Of a stretch of 64,000 nt of DNA, positions 1-8,649 are shown piece by piece. Below the pieces are notes generated by a model. It was given only the letters and a program-made list of their open reading frames with translations, ran no database searches and was not told the DNA's origin. The stretch lies in IMG/VR virus record IMGVR_UViG_3300042391_000634, positions 271,631 to 335,630 of that record, one strand, 5' to 3'. Each line of letters begins with the position of its first letter. Position 1 is the first letter of the stretch. Position numbers and translations under genes: made by a program.

Positions 1-525
1 AATCAAGAACATTTAAGTTATCTAAAAGATAATGCACCATTTATTATTGACCATAGATATGATTTGAATTATAATTTGGCAGTTAATATAACTAAAGAGG
101 ATTATGAGAGAACATTCCTTTCAATGGTTACAGAATCTTTGGTTGATGACGGAACATTATTCTTCTCGGAGAAAATTTGGAAACCATTAATGGTCGGACA
201 TCCATTCTTGTTATATGGTAATCAATACTCATTGAAATATCTTAAAGAAAAAGGATATAGAACATTTGATAAATGGTTTGATGAGGGTTACGATAATGAA
301 CCAAATAGAGACCAACGATCTATAATGATATCAAAAGAATTAAAAAGATTGAGTGAATTATCAATGGAACAACTTCATCAGATGAGAAATGAAATGAAAG
401 ATGTGTGTCAACATAATCAATTAAAATACAGAGAACTATACGATTTAAAATATAGTGAAATGGAAATAAACAAAGACATATCTGATGTATTAGATGAGAT
501 ATGGTCTGACTTAAATAAAATATAA
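1..525 (+). CDS. 5'-truncated putative glycosyltransferase (VTES...SEKxWKP family, GT10-like C-terminus)
   Basis: Frame is open from base 1. Motif MVTES...FFSEKIWKPLMVGHPF...YD is shared with 1665..2963 and 57770..58930. Confidence 0.5.
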   Translation, partial: NQEHLSYLKDNAPFIIDHRYDLNYNLAVNITKEDYERTFLSMVTESLVDDGTLFFSEKIWKPLMVGHPFLLYGNQYSLKYLKEKGYRTFDKWFDEGYDNEPNRDQRSIMISKELKRLSELSMEQLHQMRNEMKDVCQHNQLKYRELYDLKYSEMEINKDISDVLDEIWSDLNKI

Positions 526-526
526 T

Positions 527-1702
527 ATGAAAGTAGGATTTATTGGAATTGGTAAATTAGGTAAAGAGGCCGCAGAGGTAATGCACGATGCGGGACATGA
601 TGTAACGGGTTATGATATTCAATCAGTAACCGATACTAAATTTAAAATGGTGACATCATTAAAAGATGTTTGTCAAGATAAAGAATTAATTTTTATAGCG
701 GTGCCAACACCACACGACCCCGCGTATGATGGTAGTCAACCAATGGCTCAATTACCACCAAAAGATTTTGACTATACAATTGTACAGGGAATTTTAAATG
801 AACTAAATGATTATACAAATAAATCACAATTAGTTGTATTAATATCGACTGTTTTACCTGGCACAACAAGAAGAGAGTTTTATCCGTTGGTTAGAAATTA
901 TCGATTTATTTATAACCCATATCTTATAGCAATGGGAACAGTTAAAGAAGATATGATAAAACCTGAAATGATTATAATTGGTACTGAAGATGGAACAACT
1001 ACGGGAGACGCAAACAAACTAACTGAGTTTTACGAAACCTTTGTGTATCCAAAAACAAGATGTGAAATTGGAACTTGGGATGACGCCGAAGGAATTAAAA
1101 TATTTTATAATACATTTATTTCTGCAAAATTAACATTGGTTAATATGATACAGGATATTGCAGAGAAAAATGGAAATATGAATACAGATATTGTTACCGG
1201 TGCATTAGAAAGAAGTACACAAAGAATCACAGGACCGGCATATATGAAAGCGGGAATGGGTGACGGAGGTTCATGTCACCCAAGAGATAATATTGCATTA
1301 AGATATCTTTCAGAAAGATTTGGTTTAGGTTATGATTTATTTGACTCAATTATGAAAACAAGAGAGGTTCAAGCAAAGAATTTAGCCGATAAATTAGTTA
1401 GACAAGCAAGACAACATAATTTACCAATTATTATTATGGGTAAAAGTTATAAACCGGGTGTTGAATTTACAGAAGGTTCATATTCAGTATTAGTTGGTTA
1501 TTACGTTAATTTTACATATAAAGAAAATGTTGATTTTGATAAAATAGAAACACCAGCAGTTTATTTATTAGGACATAGAGGAATTTTTAACGAGACAATA
1601 TTCCCTGAAGGTAGTATTGTTGTGGATCCATGGAGAGAAAGAAAATTAAACGACACAATTTATTATGGAGGAAAAAAACAAGATACTAAATCTTTGTTAT
1701 GA
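527..1702 (+). CDS. ugd: UDP-glucose/GDP-mannose dehydrogenase
   Basis: GIGKLG Rossmann motif, IAVPTP, STVLPGT, catalytic GGSCHPRD. Confidence 0.88.
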   Translation: MKVGFIGIGKLGKEAAEVMHDAGHDVTGYDIQSVTDTKFKMVTSLKDVCQDKELIFIAVPTPHDPAYDGSQPMAQLPPKDFDYTIVQGILNELNDYTNKSQLVVLISTVLPGTTRREFYPLVRNYRFIYNPYLIAMGTVKEDMIKPEMIIIGTEDGTTTGDANKLTEFYETFVYPKTRCEIGTWDDAEGIKIFYNTFISAKLTLVNMIQDIAEKNGNMNTDIVTGALERSTQRITGPAYMKAGMGDGGSCHPRDNIALRYLSERFGLGYDLFDSIMKTREVQAKNLADKLVRQARQHNLPIIIMGKSYKPGVEFTEGSYSVLVGYYVNFTYKENVDFDKIETPAVYLLGHRGIFNETIFPEGSIVVDPWRERKLNDTIYYGGKKQDTKSLL

Positions 1703-2963
1703 TAGATGGGATAGTGAAACCAATACCTTCAAATATAATGGAGGAGACAAATTCACATTTAATTTCCAACATCTATTATTACATTTTCAAATAGAAACAA
1801 AGGAACAAAATAAATTTGAAATTAAATCACACAATTTAAGTGAAGTTTATTTTAGGCCCGATTTAAATTTTTATTACCCAATCGCACACGGTAATATTGA
1901 TATAATAAATTTATTTGTTGAAAATGAAGAAAAGGAAACAGAAAAATTTGAAAAGTCACCTTTAAGTGATGAAGTTATTGAATGTTTAAAAAAATGTAAA
2001 AATCTTAAAGTGATTATAGTGACTGAACATGAACCAGATTATGAAACTGGATTTGTTAGGTTATTAGAATATCTCGAATTAAAAAAATTAGACCCAAAAC
2101 AATTTTATGTTATTAATAATAATGAAAGATTAAATGATTTAAAGAAAAAATATAACAGTGAAATAAATGTACATACGTTACATTTTATTGCACATTCATC
2201 TAATTTTTCATTAACAAATGCTGGAGGATGTAATTGGATTGATGATAAGGAAGGTAAAATGTTTATGTGTTTTAATAAAACACCAAAACATCATAGATAT
2301 GCTTTATTGTGTTTTTTAAAAAAACAAGGATTATTAGAAAAAATTAATTGGTCGTTGGTACCACCATACGATTGTTTTCCGATTGGACATTACTATGATA
2401 AAATCTTTACTAAAGAACAAAAGGAATATTTTAAGGATGAAATAATTTATTTTAATGAACTTAAGTTCAAAAGAAGTGACATGGAAGAAGATAAAAATTG
2501 GTTTAATTTATTTAATGAACCTAATACCGAAGGTTTCCCGTCGTGGATGAGAATACCTGAGTTCGGTATGAATTATGAAAATTCATATATTAATATTGTT
2601 ACTGAATCTAAATTTTTTGATGATTTATTTGTTACCCATATTAGTGAGAAATCATATAGACCATTTTTCTATTATCAATTACCAATGATATTGGCAACTC
2701 AATATCATATTAAAACAATGAAAGAGAAATATAATTTTGATTTCTTTGATGACATCATAAATCACTCTTATGATAATGAACCAAATCAAATGAGAAGATT
2801 AGAGATGTTTGTTGAAGAAATTAAAAGATTAGATGGAATACAAGACCAAGTTAAAGAGTTCTATAAGAACAATAAACAAAGATTTGAAGACAATAAACAA
2901 AAGGTATGGAACATGTTGAATATTGTTGAAAAAGATTATCAATTTTTTGAAAGTTTAATATAA
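1665..2963 (+). CDS. putative glycosyltransferase (VTES...SEK family)
   Basis: CFNKTPKHHR and INIVTES...HISEKSYRPF...SYD motifs; glycan gene neighbourhood. Confidence 0.45.
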   Translation: MEEKNKILNLCYDRWDSETNTFKYNGGDKFTFNFQHLLLHFQIETKEQNKFEIKSHNLSEVYFRPDLNFYYPIAHGNIDIINLFVENEEKETEKFEKSPLSDEVIECLKKCKNLKVIIVTEHEPDYETGFVRLLEYLELKKLDPKQFYVINNNERLNDLKKKYNSEINVHTLHFIAHSSNFSLTNAGGCNWIDDKEGKMFMCFNKTPKHHRYALLCFLKKQGLLEKINWSLVPPYDCFPIGHYYDKIFTKEQKEYFKDEIIYFNELKFKRSDMEEDKNWFNLFNEPNTEGFPSWMRIPEFGMNYENSYINIVTESKFFDDLFVTHISEKSYRPFFYYQLPMILATQYHIKTMKEKYNFDFFDDIINHSYDNEPNQMRRLEMFVEEIKRLDGIQDQVKEFYKNNKQRFEDNKQKVWNMLNIVEKDYQFFESLI

Positions 2964-3703
2964 TGAGAACACTTTGGACGTTTGGATGTAGTTTTACTGC
3001 GGAGTATGACCCAATCGATGGAATATTTTTTCCATTTGAAAATGATTTTGATAAATATAAAAAATGGAGAGGAGGTAACTTACCACCAGTTTGGCCGACC
3101 ATACTCGGAGAAAGATTAAACTGTAAGGTAATGAATTGTGCCGTTGGGGGTTCATCTAATTACAACATTTTCAATCAGTTCATTAATGTATGTGAGTTAA
3201 TAAAACAAGATGATATTGTGGTGTTTGGATGGACAAACCTTACAAGATTTATATCTGTAAATTTAGATGAAAATATCTTTACACAAATATTAGTTTCAGA
3301 AAATAACTTCGGAGGAACTGGTTTTTCAAAAAGAACAATAGAAGAAATAATGTATAATAGATCTCATCCTTTATGGGCATTAGAAGTAAACCAATGGATG
3401 AGATTTATAAATGTATATTTAAATAACGTTGGTGCTCATAATTTTTATTGGACGGCTGACGAGACAATATTCAATCAACATAATATTCAAGAAGATGATA
3501 CAAAGTGTATCGTTGTAAGAGATGGGGAAAGTAATAAAACAAACTTGTTGGGTTATTTGAACTTACCAATGTTCTTTGATGGAGTTCTTAAAGCAAGAAT
3601 TGTTGAAGAAACTAATGGTATTGTAATTGATGACCATATGGGAGAATTTGGGCACAAAAATCAAGCGGACTATTTCTATAACCATATCATAAAAAATATA
3701 TAA
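2963..3703 (+). CDS. SGNH/GDSL-like hydrolase or acyltransferase
   Basis: FGCSF, GSSN and C-terminal DDHMG motifs. Confidence 0.7.
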   Translation: MRTLWTFGCSFTAEYDPIDGIFFPFENDFDKYKKWRGGNLPPVWPTILGERLNCKVMNCAVGGSSNYNIFNQFINVCELIKQDDIVVFGWTNLTRFISVNLDENIFTQILVSENNFGGTGFSKRTIEEIMYNRSHPLWALEVNQWMRFINVYLNNVGAHNFYWTADETIFNQHNIQEDDTKCIVVRDGESNKTNLLGYLNLPMFFDGVLKARIVEETNGIVIDDHMGEFGHKNQADYFYNHIIKNI

Positions 3704-4326
3704 TGAGATTAATTACGTTTGGTGATAGTTGGACGGCAGGACATGGAATTGAGACAGATGTAAAATACAAAGAGGAACCGTTCCCTCACATGTTCATCCA
3801 AAAATTAAGAGACATGAACTCATGGCCAAGATGGGTCTCAGATAAATTAAAATGTGAATATATTAATTTAGGTGTTTGTGGTTATGGTAATGAATATATT
3901 TTAAAAGATATTAAAGAAACAGTTGAAAACGGGTTCATTAATAAAGATGATATTGTTATAGTAATGTTATCATATCCTTACCGTTATAAATCAAAAGACA
4001 TTCACAATGTGGTTGAAATATATCTATTAATGGAAGAATTATTGGGGGGATATAAACATTTTTATTTTAATTCTTTCTATCCGTCATTTAGAGAAGAGGA
4101 TGTGGACACAAAAAAATTACCTGAATATTTTATAAATCCAGATGGGTGCGTATCTGATGTATTAAGAAAGTATGAAATAAAAAACGATATAGGTGTTTGG
4201 GAGTATGAGAGTAGGTCAGTTTGGAATGATGAGAAAAATTTCTACGAAGGAGATTACCACCCAAATTTAAAGGGGTATAAAATAATTGCAAAACACATAT
4301 ATGACGAAATCAAACGAAGAATCTAA
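3703..4326 (+). CDS. SGNH/GDSL-like hydrolase
   Basis: FGDSW, NLGVCGYGN, DYHPNLKGY. Confidence 0.78.
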   Translation: MRLITFGDSWTAGHGIETDVKYKEEPFPHMFIQKLRDMNSWPRWVSDKLKCEYINLGVCGYGNEYILKDIKETVENGFINKDDIVIVMLSYPYRYKSKDIHNVVEIYLLMEELLGGYKHFYFNSFYPSFREEDVDTKKLPEYFINPDGCVSDVLRKYEIKNDIGVWEYESRSVWNDEKNFYEGDYHPNLKGYKIIAKHIYDEIKRRI

Positions 4327-5035
4327 AAAAATATGGGAACAATACCTAACTGAAGAATATGTTAAACATGTTGGATATACCCCATATATTCCGAAAGAAA
4401 CTGATTATTACGCGGTTATAATTGAACCAAGGGTTCATCCTGATTTGTTAACGGTAATAAAATCTACAATGTTTCATTTAAATGAAACAAATTCATCTAT
4501 CAAATGGGGGTTACAAATATTTCACGGTAATCAAAATAAAGAATTGGTTGAAAACATTAAGTTAAGTTTAGGTAATGTGACTTTAACAAATATTGGAATT
4601 GATAACTTTACTCATACTGAACATAGTAGATATATGGAAAGTGTTGAGTTTTGGAGACAAGTAAAAGGAACTAAGGCTTTAATCTTCCAAACGGATTCCT
4701 TATTATTAAGGAGCGGAATAGATGATTTTTTAGAATATGATTATGTGGGTGCACCGTGGAGAAAACCCAAAGAAAATCAATGGGTCGGAAACGGAGGATT
4801 ATCATTAAGAACAGTTAGTAAAATGATTGAGATTTGTGAAAATAATCCAGTTACTGAAGATATTTTAGAGGATATTTATTTTATGAAGTATATGGAGGGA
4901 AACGGAGTTGCAGATATCGAAACCGCAATGAAGTTTAGTATGGAGGATGTATTTTCACCAAACCCCTTAGGAGTTCATAACCCAATAAGGCACATAGGAC
5001 CTGAACAATTAAAAAAGGTTTTATATAAAAAGTAA
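4301..5035 (+). CDS. DUF5672-like putative glycosyltransferase
   Basis: FQTDS, YDYVGAPW, VGNGGLSLR, ED motifs; start moved to the in-frame ATG at 4301. Confidence 0.7.
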   Translation: MTKSNEESKKIWEQYLTEEYVKHVGYTPYIPKETDYYAVIIEPRVHPDLLTVIKSTMFHLNETNSSIKWGLQIFHGNQNKELVENIKLSLGNVTLTNIGIDNFTHTEHSRYMESVEFWRQVKGTKALIFQTDSLLLRSGIDDFLEYDYVGAPWRKPKENQWVGNGGLSLRTVSKMIEICENNPVTEDILEDIYFMKYMEGNGVADIETAMKFSMEDVFSPNPLGVHNPIRHIGPEQLKKVLYKK

Positions 5036-5038
5036 GTA

Positions 5039-6706
5039 ATGTATATAATAGGAATTTCAGCATTTTATCACGATTCATCTGTTTGTTTATTCAGAGATAA
5101 CCAATTAATATTTGCATGTGAAGAAGAGAAGTTCACAGGTATTAAACATGATGATTCGTTTCCAAAAAAAGCGTTGGAATATATCTACAAACAATATAAG
5201 ATAACACCAAAGAATTTACAGGCGGTTTGTTATTATGAAGACCCACAATTGAAATATCAAAGAGTAATGGAAAACATTAAACCTCAATGGTTTAAGAATC
5301 CATTATATTCATTAAAATCTTATTTGAAAATACGTAATAATGTAAAAGAGATTGATAAGAAATTAAAGGAGATTTGTTCCACCGTATTTTATTCAACACA
5401 TCACGAGGCTCATCAATATTATGCACATTATACATCACATTTTGAGGAGTCAACTTGTTTATCGGTTGATGGTGTAGGTGAGATTGATACCGTATCATTA
5501 GGTGTTGCCGATTATAATGGAATCAAATACAGTTCACTTGCAAAGTATCCACATTCAATGGGTCTTTATTACTCCGCATTAACCTCATATTTAGGGTTCA
5601 GACCAAACGAAGGAGAGTATAAGGTAATGGGATTAGCGTCCTATGGTGACCCCCAAAAGTATATTAAAGAGGTAAGAAACCTTATATCATTTAAATCAGG
5701 TAAGTTAGTATGTAATATGGATGTATTTTGTTGGAATAAGACAGATAAATCCATGTTCAATGAAAAACTTGCGGAACTATTAAGTGTTCCACAAAGATTA
5801 CCCGAAGAAACTTTAGAACAAACACACAAAGATTTAGCGGCCGCTGTTCAATTAAGATATGAGGAAGTATTGTTTGAAATTATTAAATCAATTAGACATG
5901 TAAGTAAAAGTCTAAACTTAACGTTGAGTGGTGGTTGTGCTTATAACGGAACCGCAAATGGTAAGATTATTGATAAGACACACTTTACACATCTTTGGAT
6001 ACCACCCGCACCATCAGATGCAGGATCAGCAATCGGTGCTGTTGTTCATTATTTAGTTAAAGAACGTAAAGTAAGGAGTAAAATTACAAGAAGTCCATTT
6101 TTGGGTCCTGAATATTATTACGATTATATTAGACGTGCAATTGGTATGAACAACTTTAAAAAATATGAATCTGAAAATAAATTAAGAACCCATATTGCTC
6201 AAAAAATATTTGAAGGTAAAGTAGTTGGGTGGTTTCAAGGACACATTGAATTTGGATCTCGAGCGTTAGGTAATAGATCTATTTTAGCTAATCCAACGTT
6301 TCCCGATATGAAAGATAGAATCAATAAGGTAATTAAAAAGAGAGAAGGTTTTAGACCATTCGCACCAATGGTTACTCAAGATAAACAACATCAATTCTTT
6401 GAAATGACGGATGATGTTCCATATATGAATCAAGTTGTTAAAGTTAAGGATGAATATAGAGACAAATTACCGGCGGTAACACATGTAGACGGTAGTGCTA
6501 GAGTTCAAACAGTTTATAAACACACAATGATACATGATTTATTAATCGAATTTGAAAAATTAAGTGGTTATCCAATTTTATTGAATACCTCATTCAATGT
6601 TAAAGATAAAACAATGGTATTAACACCAAAAGATGCCGTTGATACTTTCTTTGATACTGATATGGATATATTAGTAATGGGTAATTATGTTATGTATAAA
6701 AATTAA
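5039..6706 (+). CDS. O-carbamoyltransferase (NodU/CmcH family)
   Basis: YHDSS, HHEAH, DGVGE, EGEYKVMGLA, RALGNRS, KKREGFRPFAP, LLNTSFN. Confidence 0.93.
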   Translation: MYIIGISAFYHDSSVCLFRDNQLIFACEEEKFTGIKHDDSFPKKALEYIYKQYKITPKNLQAVCYYEDPQLKYQRVMENIKPQWFKNPLYSLKSYLKIRNNVKEIDKKLKEICSTVFYSTHHEAHQYYAHYTSHFEESTCLSVDGVGEIDTVSLGVADYNGIKYSSLAKYPHSMGLYYSALTSYLGFRPNEGEYKVMGLASYGDPQKYIKEVRNLISFKSGKLVCNMDVFCWNKTDKSMFNEKLAELLSVPQRLPEETLEQTHKDLAAAVQLRYEEVLFEIIKSIRHVSKSLNLTLSGGCAYNGTANGKIIDKTHFTHLWIPPAPSDAGSAIGAVVHYLVKERKVRSKITRSPFLGPEYYYDYIRRAIGMNNFKKYESENKLRTHIAQKIFEGKVVGWFQGHIEFGSRALGNRSILANPTFPDMKDRINKVIKKREGFRPFAPMVTQDKQHQFFEMTDDVPYMNQVVKVKDEYRDKLPAVTHVDGSARVQTVYKHTMIHDLLIEFEKLSGYPILLNTSFNVKDKTMVLTPKDAVDTFFDTDMDILVMGNYVMYKN

Positions 6707-6709
6707 AAT

Positions 6710-6826
6710 ATGAAAAAACTAATCAATTGGGTGAAGAAATACTTTGCCGACAAGAAAAGAAAGAAAGAATTTAAAAAGAAATTAGAAGAATTACGTAAAA
6801 GAGATCCATTTATCTATAACCACTAA
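6710..6826 (+). CDS. 38-aa basic protein ending RKRDPFIYNH
   Basis: Translated by hand: MKKLINWVKKYFADKKRKKEFKKKLEELRKRDPFIYNH; fills the gap between flanking genes. Confidence 0.7.
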   Translation: MKKLINWVKKYFADKKRKKEFKKKLEELRKRDPFIYNH

Positions 6827-6829
6827 TCT

Positions 6830-7564
6830 ATGTTAATATATACAAATGGTTGTTCACATAGTGACGATCACCCAACACTCAAAGAGAGTTATGTTTGGCC
6901 TAATCAACTTATGAGTGGATTTACCAAATCATTTAACTATTATCATAATCAATCTATTTTACCTTTGACTTTAAGTGAAATAAAGGCATTAGATAATGAC
7001 TTTTTAGTTAATGATGCGAGATCTGGTGTTGGTAATGATAAGATATTTCATCAATCAATGGAATCCATATGTAAATTAATGAGTACAGGTAAAAAACCTG
7101 ATTTTGTTATAATACAATGGTCGGGACCAAATAGACGAGAACATTGTTTAATGGATGAAAAACCAGTATATGTAACTTTATATGATAACACAGAATACCA
7201 TTTAAAGTATGAACCGATGGGTAGTATGCATACAATTCATTATGTATATTGTTTACAACAATTTTTAATGAATCACGATATTCCTTATTATTTTTTCAAT
7301 TATATGCAATTTGACTATAGTATTACGGAATTAGAAATATATAAAAAAATCGATATAGGTAGATTCGTTGATTTTGGGTTACATAGTAGAACATTATTTA
7401 CGGGTTTAATCGACCTCTTTAAAGAAAAAAGGTTCAATAGAGATGAACAGGGTCATGCAAATGAGGAAGGAAATAAATTTATTGCGGATAAAATAATGGG
7501 GACAATAAAAAATGACCCATTAAATGAAAAATTTATTGAGAATTATTTCTCAAAATCAACTTAA
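6830..7564 (+). CDS. SGNH-like hydrolase
   Basis: NGCSH, SGVGN, IQWS, GHANEEGN. Confidence 0.68.
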   Translation: MLIYTNGCSHSDDHPTLKESYVWPNQLMSGFTKSFNYYHNQSILPLTLSEIKALDNDFLVNDARSGVGNDKIFHQSMESICKLMSTGKKPDFVIIQWSGPNRREHCLMDEKPVYVTLYDNTEYHLKYEPMGSMHTIHYVYCLQQFLMNHDIPYYFFNYMQFDYSITELEIYKKIDIGRFVDFGLHSRTLFTGLIDLFKEKRFNRDEQGHANEEGNKFIADKIMGTIKNDPLNEKFIENYFSKST

Positions 7565-7584
7565 TTGATTATATTAATAATATT

Positions 7585-8019
7585 ATGATATATTGGTTAA
7601 CAGGACAACCCGGATCAGGTAAAACAACATTAGCATCATGGATACAGGCGAGTTTCCCAATTAAATCTATGATAGTAGATGGGGACGATATCCGTGAGAT
7701 ATTTGTAAATAAAGATTATAGTGAGGAAGGTAGACGTAAAAATATAGAAAAGGCTCAGATTTTGGCTAAATTCTTACACCATAAAGGGTATACTGTTATT
7801 GTATCGTTAGTTTCACCTTATAGAGATCAAAGAGAACAATTTAAGATTGAAATGGGGGATGATTTGATTGAAATTTATGTTCATACCACAAATATTAGAG
7901 GTAGAGAACAATTTCATGTTAATTATGAGGAACCCCAAACCTTTTTTATTGATTGTGATACAACGGATAGTTCCGAATATAACACATTTATGGAATTAAG
8001 AAGAAAATTAAAAATATAG
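7585..8019 (+). CDS. cysC: adenylylsulfate (APS) kinase
   Basis: WLTGQPGSGKTT P-loop, DGDDIR, RRKNI, VSPYRDQR, YEEP. Confidence 0.88.
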   Translation: MIYWLTGQPGSGKTTLASWIQASFPIKSMIVDGDDIREIFVNKDYSEEGRRKNIEKAQILAKFLHHKGYTVIVSLVSPYRDQREQFKIEMGDDLIEIYVHTTNIRGREQFHVNYEEPQTFFIDCDTTDSSEYNTFMELRRKLKI

Positions 8020-8022
8020 AAT

Positions 8023-8406
8023 ATGAGTAAAAAATATGCGATGTATGTGGGGCGTTGGCAAAATTGGCATAAGGGTCATGAATGGCTCCTTAACCAACAA
8101 TTAGAGAAGGGAAAAGATGTGTGGGTGGCAATTAGAAATGTGGAGATAGATGAGAATAATCCAAAAACTGCTCAACAGGTGATGATGGATTTATCAGATA
8201 CTCAGTTCTTTAAAGAAAATTCACAAAGAATTAATATATCAATTATTCCAGACATTGAGAGTATCAATTACGGTAGAGGAGTTGGATATGACGTTATTTA
8301 CCACGAACCACCTGAAGAAGTAGCTAAAATTAGTGGTACAAGTATCAGAAACGGGTATATTGACTCAAATGGAGATATTATTGAATATCCTAATATGAAT
8401 AATTAA
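8023..8406 (+). CDS. HIGH-motif nucleotidyltransferase (cytidylyltransferase-like; possible minimal sulfate adenylyltransferase)
   Basis: GRWQNWHKGH, YGRGVGY, ISGTSIR; adjacent to the APS kinase. Confidence 0.65.
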   Translation: MSKKYAMYVGRWQNWHKGHEWLLNQQLEKGKDVWVAIRNVEIDENNPKTAQQVMMDLSDTQFFKENSQRINISIIPDIESINYGRGVGYDVIYHEPPEEVAKISGTSIRNGYIDSNGDIIEYPNMNN

Positions 8407-8622
8407 ATGATAGTAGAACGTAAACGACATATAGCCAAAACCATTTCATATCGTATTGTGAGCACCCTAATTGGATTTTTACTAATGTGGTTGATAAGTG
8501 GGTCGATTAAGGTCGGAGCGGCGTTTGGGTTAGCTGAATTAATTTATAAACCAATTCAATATTATGTTCATGAAAGAATTTGGTATAAATTGATAAAATT
8601 TGGATTAAAAGATAAAAAATAA
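8407..8622 (+). CDS. DUF2061-like small membrane protein
   Basis: KTISYR...YYVHERIW signature with two hydrophobic segments. Confidence 0.75.
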   Translation: MIVERKRHIAKTISYRIVSTLIGFLLMWLISGSIKVGAAFGLAELIYKPIQYYVHERIWYKLIKFGLKDKK

Positions 8623-8623
8623 G

Positions 8624-8631
8624 TATTTATA
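8624..8631 (+). promoter_or_regulatory. putative late promoter TATTTATA
   Basis: The same octamer precedes several structural-type genes (22513, 24612, 48093, 49973, 53230, 56521; minus strand 34863-34870). Confidence 0.55.
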
Positions 8632-8649
8632 TACAAATAACAAAAAGAT

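Noticed and set aside
5039-7564. Saxitoxin biosynthesis
   Set aside because: Only a generic carbamoyltransferase module; no sxtA- or sxtG-like core genes.
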